From Ruditapes philippinarum (lineage: Eukaryota): a DNA stretch of 64,000 nucleotides. The translations under genes and the position numbers were made by a program. The stretch lies in assembly GCF_026571515.1 (NCBI RefSeq), contig NW_026865315.1:62001-126000 (forward strand), given 5' to 3'. A model generated the notes under the pieces. The model worked only from the letters and a program-made list of their open reading frames with translations. It searched no databases and was not told the origin of the DNA. Position 1 is the stretch's first letter. Every line of letters begins with the position of its first letter. Below, piece after piece: positions 1 to 15,287 of this stretch.

Positions 1-946
1 TAAAATACCCGTGATAAATAAGTCAACAGGTTCATCTCGCAATATATTTATAAGCAATAGAAGATTAAACTTTGGCAGAGAAAAGGGAAATTTTACATTT
101 TTGCAAAGAGTAGAAAAAAATGAAAATGTGTAATTAAAGTAGCTTCGGGTCTCGAGTCATTTTACATTATATAATAAAATGTTTGAATGCATGTGGTTGA
201 AAAAGTAAAATAATACAATTTTGTGTAACAGTATACACCCCATTTTCAATCATTCGGTATTTTGATACATTCGCACACTGTCAGATAATATCAAAATACT
301 AGTATCACATATCATGTATTGTTTTATTACTTTGACGTAAGACCGTCGCAAAGAGTACGGGTAACCCCCGTTAGCGAATAAATGTAAAGAAGAGGAGTAA
401 ACATTAAAAGAATACATGCTTCTGCAAATAAAGTGAATATATATGTTTCTACGATGTATAAATGTGGTCACTAGCAATTTATACGTTGTATACGGCAACG
501 GCTTTTTTGAATACAACTGGATGGGGTATCTAAATTTACGTCATTTAGTTATTCTTGTCCTTTATATGATACTGACGCTTTAGGGATACATTAAGATTCA
601 GTCAGTATTGTTTTGAAATGTAATCATTGTAACATTATTATTACGTCAAACAAATATGAAAACAGCAAGTCAAAATGTTCAGTTGGGGTGAACTTTGAGT
701 GTCATCGTTCTATTCTAACACAATTAATTGTTATGTAAGTCCGTTACTTATTTATAGAGAGTTAAACACAGTTACAGTTAGTAATGGCTCATTTTTTTGA
801 ATACCTAACTGGAATTAAAAAAAAATGTATTAAGCACACGTCAGTTACAAAAATTATACCAAGTTGGATGCCATCTTCTATTCACATGGCATCATATTTG
901 GAATCGCTGTTATCATTATGAAATGGAAAAATCCTTTGCACCCTTA

Positions 947-1538
947 AGCCCCAGTCACACTAGAGCTTACGACCATTGAAGACCAGTTCACGATCACCAG
1001 TGACCTCTGGTCGCAGACAATCTTTAAAACGTCTTACGACGGTCATCGGTGATCTTTGGCAGTCGCAGGTTATCTTATTTAGGTCCCGCGACCAATTTCA
1101 GTCGTAAAGAGGTTTTTGAGCTTGCACAAAAACCTCCTTGCGATCAAACAGGTCGCTAGTGATCTTATAAGGTCTTAAGGCTGTCGCACGATGGTCGTTC
1201 GGAAGTGCGACAATCTTACGACAGTCATTAAAAATTGCCACTAGTCACTGATAATCCTAAGTAGTCTTTAGTAATCGTGTGATGGTCGTACGACAAGTTG
1301 TAGGTGATCGCATGTTATGACACGGGTAGTCGTAAGTAATCCCAGGCAATCTTGAGACCATCGTACGTTTACTTATGACCTGTCGTACGATTGTCAATGA
1401 TGATTTGTCTTACGATACTCGCAAACGTAAATTTATCTCTGCATAAATGGTTTTGGTCGCAGACAATCGCTGATAATTGTCAGTTTTACAAGTCGCCGGT
1501 GGTCGCAAGTAATCGTAAGCTCTAGTGTGACTGGGGTT
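947..1538. mobile_element. Non-autonomous PIF/Harbinger-like MITE
   Basis: TIR AGCCCCAGTCACACTAGAGCTTACGA... / ...TCGTAAGCTCTAGTGTGACTGGGGTT; TTA on both sides (944-946, 1539-1541); interior full of short GTCG(T/C)A / TACGAC subrepeats; no ORF. Confidence 0.8.
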
Positions 1539-4500
1539 TTAACTAGTTCCTTCATAAAATACAAGCGCAAGTCGTTACGGTTTTATGATTTTAAGACCAC
1601 TTATACTTTTAAGAAATGTCGTTTACAATATACAAAATACGCAATTTGCAACAAGGGTCCGTGCGTACTTGCTGTAAGGTTGACCTATATTGTGAACCCG
1701 TTTTGATAGACATTGTCATATAATAGGGCAACGTATAAAAAAGGTTATTATTTGCGGCTTACGTATAACTTTTAAGTTATTTGTCTTTTTTTCTAAACAC
1801 CTAAACAATGTGTTGGATTGGATAAAATTTGTAGTTTTAAACATACATGGTTACAGCGTTTCTACGTAAATATTTCATTCATAAAACATAGTAATAAAAA
1901 TATAAAAGGAAGTTCACCCTGTTAACATACCGGCTAAGTCGCTAACTTAGCGACAGGAGATATATTTACTAAGTTGTAATACAAAATCACTGATTTTTCT
2001 ACCTTATGACTTCAAGATTAATTGAAAACCCGATTTATATCGATTCAAGCATTTACAATGAAGTTTATATCTATGAAAAGATTACATTCATGCCATTTAA
2101 TATAGTTTACTCTGTTCGTAAATCAATCCATCAGTTAGTAAAATAGTTTTAAAAAATATAATAAAGTGTCTATAATTATAATTATTGTGATGCTTTTAAA
2201 CGAAAATCATCTATAATAATACAGTTTGACATCAATCAGATATTAAATAGAACGTTAAAATATACTCAGTTGTGTGGATATGGGACATTTTGTTATACTT
2301 ATTGAATGAAAGTATTAGTTTATTTGATATCAAAATTTGTAAACAAAATAACATTTAATTAAAATTTGACAAATTAACACAATGTTGTTTTACAAGTAGC
2401 TATCGGTCATAATTGAAAGATGCATACTTGGAAGTTTGTTATGATGCTTTTGCCTTTTGTTATAATAATTATTGAATGGGACACCAGTCAGGTCAATGCA
2501 GTGTCGAACATTGTTTTCTGAACAGTAGAATAGGTTGATCCAACGGATCCTGATTATTTTTCATATAACTTTAGAATTACCCTTTCGCTGTAAAGGTAAG
2601 CACAATTCAGTTAGTAATTAAATTTCAAAGACATGTAGACCATTGTGTAGTAACTATAATCTGCAAAACGTGACATCAAACATGCTAATATTGTACTCAA
2701 GTTAGTTTACAGAATCTCAACGTAACCAAGTGCACATTTTCTTTGGCTATTTAAAAGTACTATTCGAGAAGAATGAAAATCTTTTATGATAATTAAGACT
2801 ACATATTTAACGACGACGAACACAAACCAGCAAATTCAAATTGTGAAAAAAGTACTTTGATTATGCTACCACGTGTTTTGTGTCTAATCATGCTTTCCTC
2901 TCGTGTTTGCCGACGTGGTTGTTTTTCCTTTTATATTTTATTTGTTTTGGTTTGTTCTTTTTCATATATTGACGATTTTATTATTTTGTTCATTGAATCG
3001 TTCCGAAAGTTGAAACACTGTCAAAAAACTATTTTAAGAACCCTATGATATCAAATAAATGAAAGTGTATGATAACCTTCACAGTGGAGGTATATTTGGA
3101 ATTTGCCCTTGTTCAGAAAAAATGACTGCAGGATAAAATATCTGTACTATTACTTGTGTCAACTCATACCCTATTATTTGATGTCTTGAATATACTCCAC
3201 AATGTCAGACTTATCCGTATGAAAATGAAAGCTTTCTTAAACAGTATAATATTCAACCAACAGTTTGAGTTTAAAAGAGAACTTTAAGCTTGTGCGTATG
3301 TAAAAATCTAACTTTCTTAAACCGTATTAAATAGAAGTAAAAGTTTGAGACTATCTTTTCTCTGCATAGCTTTCAGATGGATGTATTAGTTTGTGATATA
3401 TTTAAACTGATTACAATTCTCATTTCATCTGAGTTGACACAAAATAGTCAAAATACATTATACATGTATATTAAGATCAATAAAAGTAAAAAAAATCACT
3501 TTTTATCAGGAGATTTACAAGAAATTTGTGAATAATGTTTTAAGAATACAGTAAATAAGGTCTAAAGGTACAACATATTAGGCCTAAACCTAACATAGGC
3601 ACAACCTTTAACACATCCTCTTAAATCGGCCTTAGCTTTTTGTAGTAAAAATGTATCATATAAAGATATAGGAAGAATTAAATGTCTAGTAAGTGTAACA
3701 TACCACTGTTGACAAGGAAGATCTGAGTTTTTTTATAATGTGATATAAAGGCTTTCACTTAATAAGCGTGTATAAACAATAAAGCAGGCTTTTTTTCCCT
3801 CGTTATGGAGGTATTACACTATCCACGTACTAAGTATTTCATTCATAAAACGTAGTAAGACCAGTTTATGGCTATTTACTTGAAATTATTTTTTTCCTGT
3901 TCACGATTAAAAATTTTACAAACACCATGCTTTCTTGGTTGTGAAGCTTATTATCTTTTTTCTGGAAAGACAGACATTTTGACTTGTTTACAAACGTTAA
4001 AATCTTTTTAATGACAGTCTTGCATTAGGACGTTACCAGTAGGTACCTATATGTGACCAACAAATTGTTTTTTTCTAAGATTTATGTATTTATTTTACTG
4101 ATAACATCGTTTACTTCCTTAAGAAAACACAGATATCGAACGTGTAGTCAGGTTCAAAGAAACTAACATCAAGGTCAATTTGACTTGCCTAACATATTTA
4201 AATTAGCACATGCTTTGATTACCAATATATTCTTAACTATAAACCACTCGAAATCAATGTGTGTTACTTTAGTGGATTACATCAACCGAACATGTATCTT
4301 TAAAGGCAAAAGCAAAAAATGCTTACATATATCTGTTATGATTTATTGACCAAGTAAAGTGAATGAAAAGTTTATCTAATGACCAAGGTATTGTCTTTAT
4401 TTATCTTACTCTTATATTATACATGTAACAACTGGCGTGTTAGTCATTGAATCATACTGTAATCTTTTAATTACATAAGTTTTTTTTTTATATAAATTTT

Positions 4501-6772
4501 AAGGTTAAGGTATATTAACCTCCTTCTGCATAACGACGAGAAAATATTTAGAACTAACCTATAAAAATACACTGAAAAGGTTTCCTGAACCGGTATATTA
4601 TTTTTTATAAATCAAACTACATTATTTGCTGTCTCATTTTTGTTACGTTATACCTTTTCAAAACTGTGTAATACCGTCGTTAAACTAGTATCAATTGAAT
4701 CAGAACGAGACAGATAATTTAAATATAAATTTTACGTCATTCACTCTTTCTTTATAGATGATGTTTATTGAAATTATGATACTAATAAATACTAGGGGGA
4801 AAAAGTTTTTTAGGACACACGTATTTTATATAAGCCAGTAACTTTAATACAGAAATAGATGTTTACAGATTGTAACACTCATTAATGGTTGAACTATGTG
4901 TCTTTTCATTTTGAAGGGCTATAAAATACTAAAAATGAAAAATGCAGTTTGTGTTTGTAATAGATATCAACTATATAACGACTTACGTTTGATTTTAAAT
5001 TATGGTTAACTTTCGAACACTTAAAGTGCTGGAAGTTTAACTGTCACGTGTGTTTCATATGTCTCACTTGACAACTTGACCTATTATTATTTAACCCTTT
5101 AAAGTGCAATCAAGTTGTTGTCATACTTTTCTATTTCATCATACCGAGCAGGAAACTTAAACAGTATAGAGATGATAAAATACTGTCACGGCTTAGATAA
5201 GAATCATTTCAGTGTGCAAAAAATACTTCAGTATGTTTTTTTTTCTATATTTGTGTGTTTGTCAAAGTTTCTGTTATACGGTTTACCGTTTCCAGTTGTT
5301 TCTTTTTTTACGTCAAACATGTTTTGTCAGTACATTACATGTACATTTCACAAGTTGTACTTGTTCCATATTAAATGATACAGTGTTCTCAATTTTGAAT
5401 GAATTTCCTTACTATGTTGAAATTTGTAAATGTATAGTCTCCATCCTTGCCCTGCTTGTATTCGTAACTTCGCTTTGCGCCTTACCGATGATCCGTTGTG
5501 GTGGTAAGTAATATTTTGGGTGGGGGAAGTTTAGGGCAAGATTGGTTGTGTGGTCGGAGGGTCGCTCTCCCGTGTTGTTCTTAATTTTCATAGTTTATAT
5601 TGTTTGAATTCACACATGAACCTTCATATACATATATTGAAACATACCCAAGAACACACAAATGCACCAGCACATACATACGCACGCACGCGCATACACT
5701 CGAAAACATTTTTGTTACATATACGATTATTCATAGATCTATATAAGTTGCACATTACCACGTTTCTATGACGTTAACAAACATGTTTTGATATAGATGT
5801 CATACATATACTACAGTTAAAGAATTGCATGTCGGGAAACCTTTTTCCTGTGGTCTGTGCACCATATCATGTCATATATGTCTTCAATATTGTCAGAAAG
5901 TTTGAATTTTTAACCACAATTTACTTCTTATATCAACAAATTATAACGATTAAATAGTAGTAGTATTTAAGACCGCGGTAAGGGGAAATTTTGTAAATGA
6001 ATAATTTGTGTTCAATTTTTAAGATTACGCGTCCTGTTTCTGTGTGTTTTTTTTTCATTCAGATATTATTTTTTCCTACTGTTATTTAAACAATTTCTTT
6101 TCCCTGGGAATTTGATTAAGTTTACGTACTAGAATTAACCAATCCTTTATTGCTGTCTATACTTGTGTGTGTATATACATGTATGTATGTCGAAAAAATG
6201 TTTAAACCATGTAAAGATGGTTTTACGTTTTATTCACGAGCATGGTACATAATATGAGGACTTTGTTTGTATTAAATGACAAATCTGTACTTTTCTTTAA
6301 TTGTTTTTGAAACGCTTTTTTACTTATGAAAATAGTGTGATGAATATTACATAAAATTAACATTAAGTCTGTCTTTATTGCAAGGAAGTATTTTTTATCA
6401 TGTACTTTATCAGAATAAATATTTCAAGCATTTAATTTATAACTGCTCTTCAAAATTCAAGTGTCGGCGTTCTTCCATAAACTGATTCAACACTAATCCA
6501 ATAGAGTTTTTATGTAATAGCTTTTTTTTAAAAATTAGCGAGATAAGTGTTTACATGAATGAGTGAAAAATTTAAAACCGTGTTGACCTTTGGTTTATAT
6601 TAAACATGAACATAGATAAGTCGAGGAAAGATTATTTTCATCAATAGCAATAAGGAAGCTTACGTCCGTTTCCTGATTGGCTGAACTGAATGAAAATTAA
6701 TATATAACATATATCTTATCTTGTGTGTATTATGCTGTATCTTTTTATACTTCATACACGACAAAAACAAAT

Positions 6773-7004
6773 TAGCCGCGTCACGACAAAACCAACATAA
6801 TGGGTTTGCGACCAGCATGGATCCTGACCAGCCTGCTCCACGCAGTCTGATCAGGATCCATGCTGTTCGCTTACAAACCTTATTACAATTAGAGAAACTG
6901 ATAGCGAACATTATGGATCCTGATCAGACTTCGCGGATGCGCAGGCTGGTCTGGATCCATGCTGGTCGCAAACTCATTATGTTGGTTTTGTCTTGACGCG
7001 GCTC
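6773..7004. mobile_element. Palindromic (foldback) MITE, possibly Sola-like; copy 1
   Basis: About 95-bp arms (AGCCGCGTCACGACAAAACCAACATAATG...CATTATGTTGGTTTTGTCTTGACGCGGCTC), AAAT on both sides; second copy at 29854-30046. Confidence 0.8.
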
Positions 7005-8404
7005 AAATACAGTTAAGTGTAATTGGTTTTTCAAAATTTACTAATACTTTCGTAATAACATGATAGTCTCTCACAATAACATAAAAGGGAGATAAAATCT
7101 TTAATGTATTATTCAATTAATAAAATAATATAATTTAAAGAGTTGCATGTTTCATAAAAGTCGCCCAACTCATCAGGGAAGAAACTCTGATGTATATAAT
7201 AGTTAACCTTACAGTTTCTGTTTGTTTACGCTCATCCTAAAAGAAAACATACAAAGTACATTCAGAGGCACTTACATTTTTCGGTTTGTGAACGGATTTT
7301 ATATACAAAATTCAACATATCATACTTACTACTAAGCATTTTATTTACAATTCATTGACAAGAAAGGAGAGAAAATAACAAAACAAATATTCTACTGCAA
7401 AATGAAAAATCATTGAATGTCTGTAAATATCGTAACAAAATGAAAATACAGTATCACTATCACTAAATCTGTATGTTAACCAGTTTATACAGAAAAATGT
7501 AAGTGTCGGGTTACAAGTGTCTCTGAGTGCAGCTGTCATGCTGACGTTAATTTTTTAATTGATCTTAATTCTCAAAGTTCATATTACTGAATATTCGTTT
7601 AAATGCTCGTTATGTCTCAGAAATTATCTTATTTTGATTTCTCAAAAGATTTTTAATGTTGGTGTGCTTTTATAGTAACTACAATGTATCCAAAAAGTAA
7701 CATTACCTGAACAACCTTTTTTATTTGTTGCTTTTTATAAATTAGTACAGTTATATTGATCTTTTTTATTTTGTATGAAGTCACAGTAACGTTACTACAA
7801 ATGTACTTTGTTTTCCCTCTTTTAGGAAATTTATTGTACATTTATTGCTATACTTCCTTCAGATAACAAGCATCTAAACTTCTTTTCAATTTTTATTTAA
7901 CATTATAAAATTCATATTAATTCTACCTTTCTAATGAAGTAAAAAAAACTTTGTTTTTCACAAGCCGCTAAATTAAGGAATAAATAACACTAGGATAGAA
8001 TAAAATAGCTTTTTCCCTTTTACAGCCAGTTCTAAATTCATAATTATTTTTACCGAAAAGTAATATATTTATAGTGTTTTAATGATCTAGAAATTTGTTT
8101 AACATTTTACCGAGTGACAAAATGTCGATTAGCTTTATGTTAATCGGGAAAATTAAAAGTGAATTTTTCATATATTTTTTAGATTTTTCCATAAGACAAA
8201 CAGATAAACAAGTTAGAGTAGTGTTACTCATATTTCAAGCGTTTATGACGCAATCACACATATATTCGTGTATATTGTCAAAAGAGCTGTCCCATATTTG
8301 TTTTTCTTTAAAAAATGTTGACAATAAATAATTAATGTTATCTATTTGATAAAACCTGCAAGTTAATTGTTTAGATTGAAGTAATGCATCATACACTACT
8401 TCCA

Positions 8405-8790
8405 TATATTATTCGTAATAAAGTTTTTGGCAGGTTATATGGCCCTATATAAACGGTTGTTTGCATATATAACCCGAACCGCTTATATAACGCCATATAA
8501 TCTGTTATTAATCTTTATAGAGAATTCATAATATAGCAAACTTCTTTTTTAGAGAAAAAGGTGAGATTTTTTCGTAAATTGACAGCAGTCGTGTATATAA
8601 TTAGTTATAAAGATCGTTGACAGGCTATATGGCCCTATAGCCGCTAGGCCGTGTATATAAATCTATATAAACGTCACGATTATCCAATGAAAAATGACGT
8701 TACAAACGTGCAGTATCATAAAAAAATATAAACGTCACGACTGTCCAATGAACAGGAACGCTACAAACGTACCGTATCATAAAATTAATG
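8405..8790 (+). mobile_element. Foldback non-autonomous element (family H), with a partial second copy inside it
   Basis: CAGGTTATATGGCCCTATATAAACGG...ATATAACCCGA motif also found at 45510-47060, about 9430-9680 and 22925-22980; a restart of the family 5' end (TTAGTTATAAAGATCGTTGACAGG) occurs at 8601 right after GTGTATATA. Confidence 0.6.
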
Positions 8791-10215
8791 ACAGATATTT
8801 TGGAAAGACATATACACTTTGTTTTCATAATTAGTTGGTGCAATATTTTTTTTATATTTACTTATACCTTGTTCTATATAATAACATTGTTGAGATTAAT
8901 AAATCATTAAAAAATAACCTAAAAAACAACAACAACAAAGCTAAAAAAAAATCAGAACTGTTATTTTGGCAGTTCAGCTGTGTGAAGTACAAAGCTTTGT
9001 ATAAATCTTATACCTCTTTCTATCATTTACGTTTATTTTTTTAAAGATAGATAAATCGCACGTTTGACCAAGATAATGAATATTTATTTTTTGATTGGCA
9101 TGCTTATATGAAATGCGAATCTACTGATGTGGGATGAAAGTAGGACAAATTATTTGCAAACTTTATCATTTGTCATTTTTCAAGCAGCATAATTTAAGAC
9201 AATCAAAATTGGACATTTCCTTTGTTGTTATCAATATTTAAATTACCAACGGATAAAACGCCCATTGTAGACCTATTAACTTTAATCGAGACTCTTTTCA
9301 ACAGCCCTAGTGACTGTGAGATAACGGCAGTCGAAAGTACTTTTTTAAATATATGAGGCAATTCAAAGGTCAGAGAGTATCTGTAAAATAGCTAGGATAT
9401 AGTCATGTTTAAGCTGACGTGGATATTATTAGTTATAACGATTCTTGACAAGTTATATGACTTAAATAAACGGTTGTTTGGAAATATACCCAGACGCTGG
9501 GTTTAAAATTTTCATACGGCCTTAAAAACCTTCAAAAAATTTTTAAAGAATGTAATACAGAAAGCATAAATTTTTTTAGAAAAAAAGGGCTTCTACAAAA
9601 TAAAACATTATCGTGAATACGTAAAACAATTAAATCAAAATTTAAAAAAAACGACTTTGCAAACGTGCGCTATAAATTTTTTAAATTTTTTTGTATTTTT
9701 ACAATTTTTTTAATACTAAAAGATCATATCATTACCGATGAAAAGAGCGTTAAGGGCGTTGGAGGGTAAACACTATTTCGTAGAAATTAATCTGCGTCAA
9801 ATGTGGTTTTTACACAAAGCTAAAAAATAGATTCAAACTCTAGATTAGATATATATTAATGTACAGGTGTACTCTATTATCTTTCTTGTCTTTTTTTAAA
9901 CAGTATTGACGTACTTAAGAGGTTTTTAGATTCAATCAGTATTGTTTAAAAAATTACTAACTGAACTATAGCTATTTTAAGATTTGTATGACGTCAAGAT
10001 TTGCCAGATATATCAGTGGGGGTAAACCTGGAGTGTACTAATAAACAACTTTACTTAATATAGTGATCTTAGTACTCGATTATGCTTTCTTTACAATTAG
10101 TCATCGTAGGACTGATTTTTTTGTAGGACATTCATAAAATGTTTTGTGAAAATTGACGTAAATATATCCCCAAGTATGAGGTTACTTATATTACAAAACT
10201 GGTGGGTCTTTAAGA

Positions 10216-10577
10216 TATAGAGGATATTGAATGAGTGTAGTTTAATACTAAATTTATTGAACGAGTTGAATAAAATCATATTATGCGAGCCTCTGGTGAG
10301 CATAATATTGTTTTATTCAACGAGTTCAATAAATTTAGTATTGAATCTGCACGAATATAATATTCTTTTTATCACATATATAAAATAAGAACAGTAAATT
10401 GTTAAAATGAGTAATTTTTCAATGACGCGCCTATAGTGTAACGCTAACATTAGTGCGCTTTAACGCTATGTTTCTATATAGCGCAATTGACGTCACGTCA
10501 AAGTGTTATTACACTAGTGTAATATCGTTTTTATTAAATGGCTTTATTACACTCCTGCGCCGCGTTTTATGTGATAA
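10216..10577 (+). mobile_element. Foldback non-autonomous element (Crypton-like architecture)
   Basis: Starts TATAGAG; long hairpin (AATACTAAATTTATTGAACGAGTTGAATAAAA / TTTTATTCAACGAGTTCAATAAATTTAGTATT) centred on GAGCCTCTGGTGAG; TTTATCACATA near 10368 pairs with terminal TATGTGATAA. Confidence 0.65.
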
Positions 10578-11158
10578 TTTTATTTATTTCCGTTGCAAAA
10601 ACATAATTATTCTACAACGAATTTATATTTCTGATTTATTAATGTTTGTAGTATTTTCATTCTGTAACATGAGACGTATTCTCAAACCAAGGGAATTCAT
10701 CTTAAGCATGATAAACAAAGCAATTAAACACATCACAAGAACATCCATTTGCAGTCTTTTTACATGAGTTGTTTGTTAAAAACCTGCAATGTTTAACCTT
10801 CAGAACAAAAGTGTTTCAACCATAGAAACATGGAAAGAGCTAAACAAAACTTTTAGTTTCACAGGTCCAAATTTCTGACTCGGTTATGTTGATTCTGTTT
10901 TGATTATGAGCTAAATATGTGCAACTTAACAATAAAGTCATATTCGATAGCGTAGTGTAGAGCTGTTTTAACACTAAAATATTAGAATATTTCTCTTCTG
11001 TTCTTACGTACTAAAAATAATTTGCTGTAAGCATGGTCCAAATTAATTTTACCGTTTCAGCAGTTTTTGCTAACTCGTTTTAAATGTTTAAAAAGATTAG
11101 ATAATAACATGTTAATGAGCGTGTTGTTTTACCACAAAGGATGTTTACATGGACGAAT

Positions 11159-11530
11159 CCTATCTACATAAGTATTTCATTCATAAAACATATTAGCAAG
11201 ATTTAATAGGGAATTTTCTTTAAGAAAACATTTCGTGTAAGGTGTTTCTGACTTTTCAATTTTGTCGTGTACAGTAGACTTGGGAAATCTATCTGGTGTA
11301 ACACTTACTATGTTGATGGGAGTTGATAACAGTCCTTCTGACACATTTGATGTCAAATGACGGCAAACCTATCTACATAAGTATTTCATTCATAAAACAT
11401 TAAAGCAAGATTAAAATAGGGAATTTTCTTTAAGAGAACATTTCCTGTAAGGTGTTTCACAAGCCTGACCATTCAATTTTGTCTAAACAGTAGACTTGGG
11501 AGATATATCTGATGGAACACCAACTATAAT
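11159..11530 (+). repeat. Diverged local duplication, about 150-bp unit, 209-bp spacing
   Basis: CCTATCTACATAAGTATTTCATTCATAAAACAT...AGGGAATTTTCTTTAAG...ACAGTAGACTTGGGA at both 11159 and 11368. Confidence 0.85.
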
Positions 11531-11762
11531 GGTCATATGGTGACGTACCAGCTTTACTGGTGGAGGAAGACCTCAGGTGCCCTTCCGTGCATTATTTCAG
11601 GCACGAACGGGCACCTGAGTAGAACCACTGGCGTTCCGTAAGCTAGCTGGATAGCTTCCTCATATGAAAGAATCCAAAGTTCCTGTCGGGATTCGAACCC
11701 ACAGCGGTGAGAGGCAAGTTGTTTGAAGTCTACAACTTCAACCACTCGGCAAGGGACGCCCC
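11531..11762 (-). mobile_element. tRNA-derived SINE (molluscan conserved-core type), 3' tail missing
   Basis: Minus strand has A-box-like GCCGAGTGGT and B-box GGTTCGAATCC; body closely matches 15288-15558. Confidence 0.85.
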
Positions 11763-14700
11763 ACACTTTTACATAAAATATTAGGTTTAATCTTTAGTGT
11801 GTTATCCTTTTATTTAAAATGCCCAAGCTTTGTGATTGAATGAATACATTTTGAAATATATTTCATAGTAATTTGATGTAACATTTGTGTGCCTACAACA
11901 GTAAACATATCATTGATTTATTATTAATACTGATTGTATTAATAGTCTAAAGTATTTTTGTCTTAGCAAAAAAGCATGTTATGATTGTATTGGTGACACG
12001 GCAGATAATCAAATGATTTAACAACTTTTATAGCTCAAAAGAGGGCGAAATATATTTGTTCAGTTCTTTCAACATTGAATTACAATCAATCATGCAATAT
12101 TGGAGGAACAAAAAAAGATCACTTAAACAAGTACATTATATTCTAAAGAGTACATGACTTGCATTAATTGTAAATAAAGGAAAAGACTAGTAACAAATTG
12201 ATCGATTTTAAAAGCAACAGGTAAAATGATCCATAGTTTCTCTTTCCTATGAAGAAATAAGATGCAAATATATTTATTTAATATCGAAACGGTCCTAAAA
12301 ATTTACATTTTGAATTAAGAATGTTACCGGTACAATCACATGCTTATACGTAACCAACCTCAGAAGAATTTTAAAGTTGTGTCGTAACTCACGAGACAAG
12401 CAATTTGAAGTCAGTAATAGTAATAATGCTTCTTATCATATATTAATATAATTATTTAACCACCATATTACAATGTTCTCCTGACGAATATTTATATAAT
12501 CGCATTTCAAAATTACATGATGACAATATAAATCTCATGTAACTGTATCATATCACATGTGTCATTTTTTTACTTTCTACTAATTTTCTTTATATACTTG
12601 TATGATTATACATAATTGTATGATTGTATGTATGACTTTCCAATAAAACGGATCAACATTTGGACCCGAATCTGAAAAAAAAGTTTCTTGAGTGATACAA
12701 TTTACACTTTCGGCATGTACACATTTTGTTAAAAATTTTGTTTTGCCTTGACGTTTCATGCTGTCTAATAAATAAAATACTAGGAAAGAAAAGTGGCACT
12801 TATGGTTAAGGTTTAATTTAACAAAAATAAGCTACAAATCATTTCTGATTGTATCAATAGAGAGCGAAGTTAAATAGCTGAATTAGGACATAATGCAAAC
12901 ATAAAATGTTAATAAAAAAACTCTTATAATTGCTTACTGATTGGCCTTGTAGTAACATATTTCATGTTATAGTATTGCTATTGCAGGCAGTTCAAAAATG
13001 CAGTCACGTATATATCAAATGGATCATTTGACCTCAATCTTTTTATAACTTTTAAGTGCAAACTAAAGTTGTTATTGTAATATATATAGTTATCATACAA
13101 GTTGTTCATTTCATCATATAGAATAGGAAGCATGTGATAATGTAGAAAATAAGCTCTTGTTAATTGACATAGTTTATAATTATTTCAGTTTGTGATACAT
13201 ACAAACACTTGTATGGTAGAGGGTAATATATATTTAGTATCATGTCAATATAAGCAGTGTAACTTAATAAACTGTATAATTCTACTCATCATTTTTTTTA
13301 AATTTGTCAAGCAATATAGTGCTATTAAAAATAAGGTTGTCATTTTATTTTCTTACAGCAGTTATTAACAGTTCTGTACCGTGTTTTGCCATTATCGCTG
13401 CAAAAATAAGGAGAGCATCGGTCAAGTAATCCAAAAGTCGCTAGTTCAAGCCTTGGACCATGCAAAACAATGTGGCAATTGATCTCGGATTTTGAGTGTA
13501 ATAGTCGAATGTTACCGGCAGAGAACTTTGTAATTACTAGTTTGTTATCCAGGAAAACCGGTTAGGTATATGTAAGTGCTTTATGTGAAACATATCTCCA
13601 CTATGTTGTCCATAGCAAAAAGTACAGATTGGGATGAAAGGAACTGTCACATAGGTGGTTTCATAGCAAATTTTCGAATGTTTATTATTTTTTGATAACA
13701 CAATTTTCATATTTATATATAGGTTAGTGTTTTTTGTAAGCATTTACACAATTAAATTGGTCACGTCTAACCGATTCAATTTGGTAAAATGCTTACTTAT
13801 AATAACACCTACTAATTTTTGTTTGAAGTTACAAATGTACTTTTATCAACAGTCGATTTACTTTACTGATTTATTGTTTTTCTATTTGCCAATTGAAAGT
13901 AAATGTGTTACGATTAATTTCAAATACTGCAATCCTATTGGACAAAAAAGTAGTTTTAAACACTAAATATATATATACATGTAAATGATTTCTTCACATG
14001 CGTGATTCATATGTTATTGCTGAAGTTATGGATAAACATTACCTACTATCTGTAACAAAAAGTTACCGTTTTCTCTGAATATTTCACAAACGGTGTTTTC
14101 TTTAAAGAAATACTTTATTATTTTTATTACTAATATTTGGTAATATAATAATAAATAACTGATTTGTTCAGTTAAAAAAAATAACATTATAATGTAATTA
14201 TAGTACGTTCTGAATCCTTACAACTGTTGATAGTATTGTCTTGTCTTATTTTAATCAATCGTTCAAGTATTAAAGTTAATTGTGTCAACTAAATCACATA
14301 TTTCTACTCAACATACCAATCTGCTTATCTACGCGTGCATTCAAGGCTGGTCCAATTGAATGGAAGTGTTTATCAAACGCAAACATGAAATAAACTTCTA
14401 TATAAACGTTCATCAGTAGTAAAAGGATGTCTTAAAAATATATAAGGAAATGCATGTCCACTTCCTGTTAAATATATCATATAATATATCATTAAACATT
14501 CGATTGGTTAAACTGAAGACGCCTAGTGTATACGAAAAGATAATAAAATATTTTTTTTTCAAATATCAATGAATCGAAAATATCATTTACATTAGTTTCG
14601 TATAAATTATTTGTAAGCATTTAAGATTTAATTCAAAATGTAGGCCTGCTATGTCCAAACTTGAAACATCTTTTCTCTTTTGTTTTCTTTTGCATTTGAA

Positions 14701-15287
14701 TATAGTCGTAACTCGTTGTTTTGTCTTTGATATAATATTATAATTGAACTGTGTGGTGTGTAAGAAATGCGCAGAACATAGTAAAGCTCATGAAATAAAA
14801 AATAATCTAGCGAAACATTCAATGATTTTTCAACGTTTTTGAATATATCCTTTCATTGATTTTGGTGGGTGCGACTTATAAGTTTAAATTTAATGTATAT
14901 TGATCGTAACACTAATCTTTCAAAATGACAGTATAGTAATCCATGTTGTATTTGTAATACATACTATTGGTTGATTGCGATATCCAATGAACGTATAGGA
15001 CAAAGAGTAATAAAAAATACAAGGGGGAAAGGGGTCTGTTAAAACAATTTTACTTTTGCACTATAATAAAATTTTGGCTGAATCTATAAATTTGGGCTTC
15101 ACATTATGATCAAAATTTGTTATTTTTGTGTATTTAAAGACCCAGAAATTATGACTCAAAAATGCTTTCATTTTTATTTTTCAAAAACATAGATTTTTTT
15201 TTCGTTATTCGTTATAGTCTCCATAAAAAGGTACTCATTTGCCATATAATTATGTGAACACACTTTTGTTTCTTTTGCTCTGTTTGT

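Noticed and set aside
6660-6996. ORFs on both strands, and the similar ORF at 29772-30038
   Set aside because: By-products of a GC-richer palindromic MITE.
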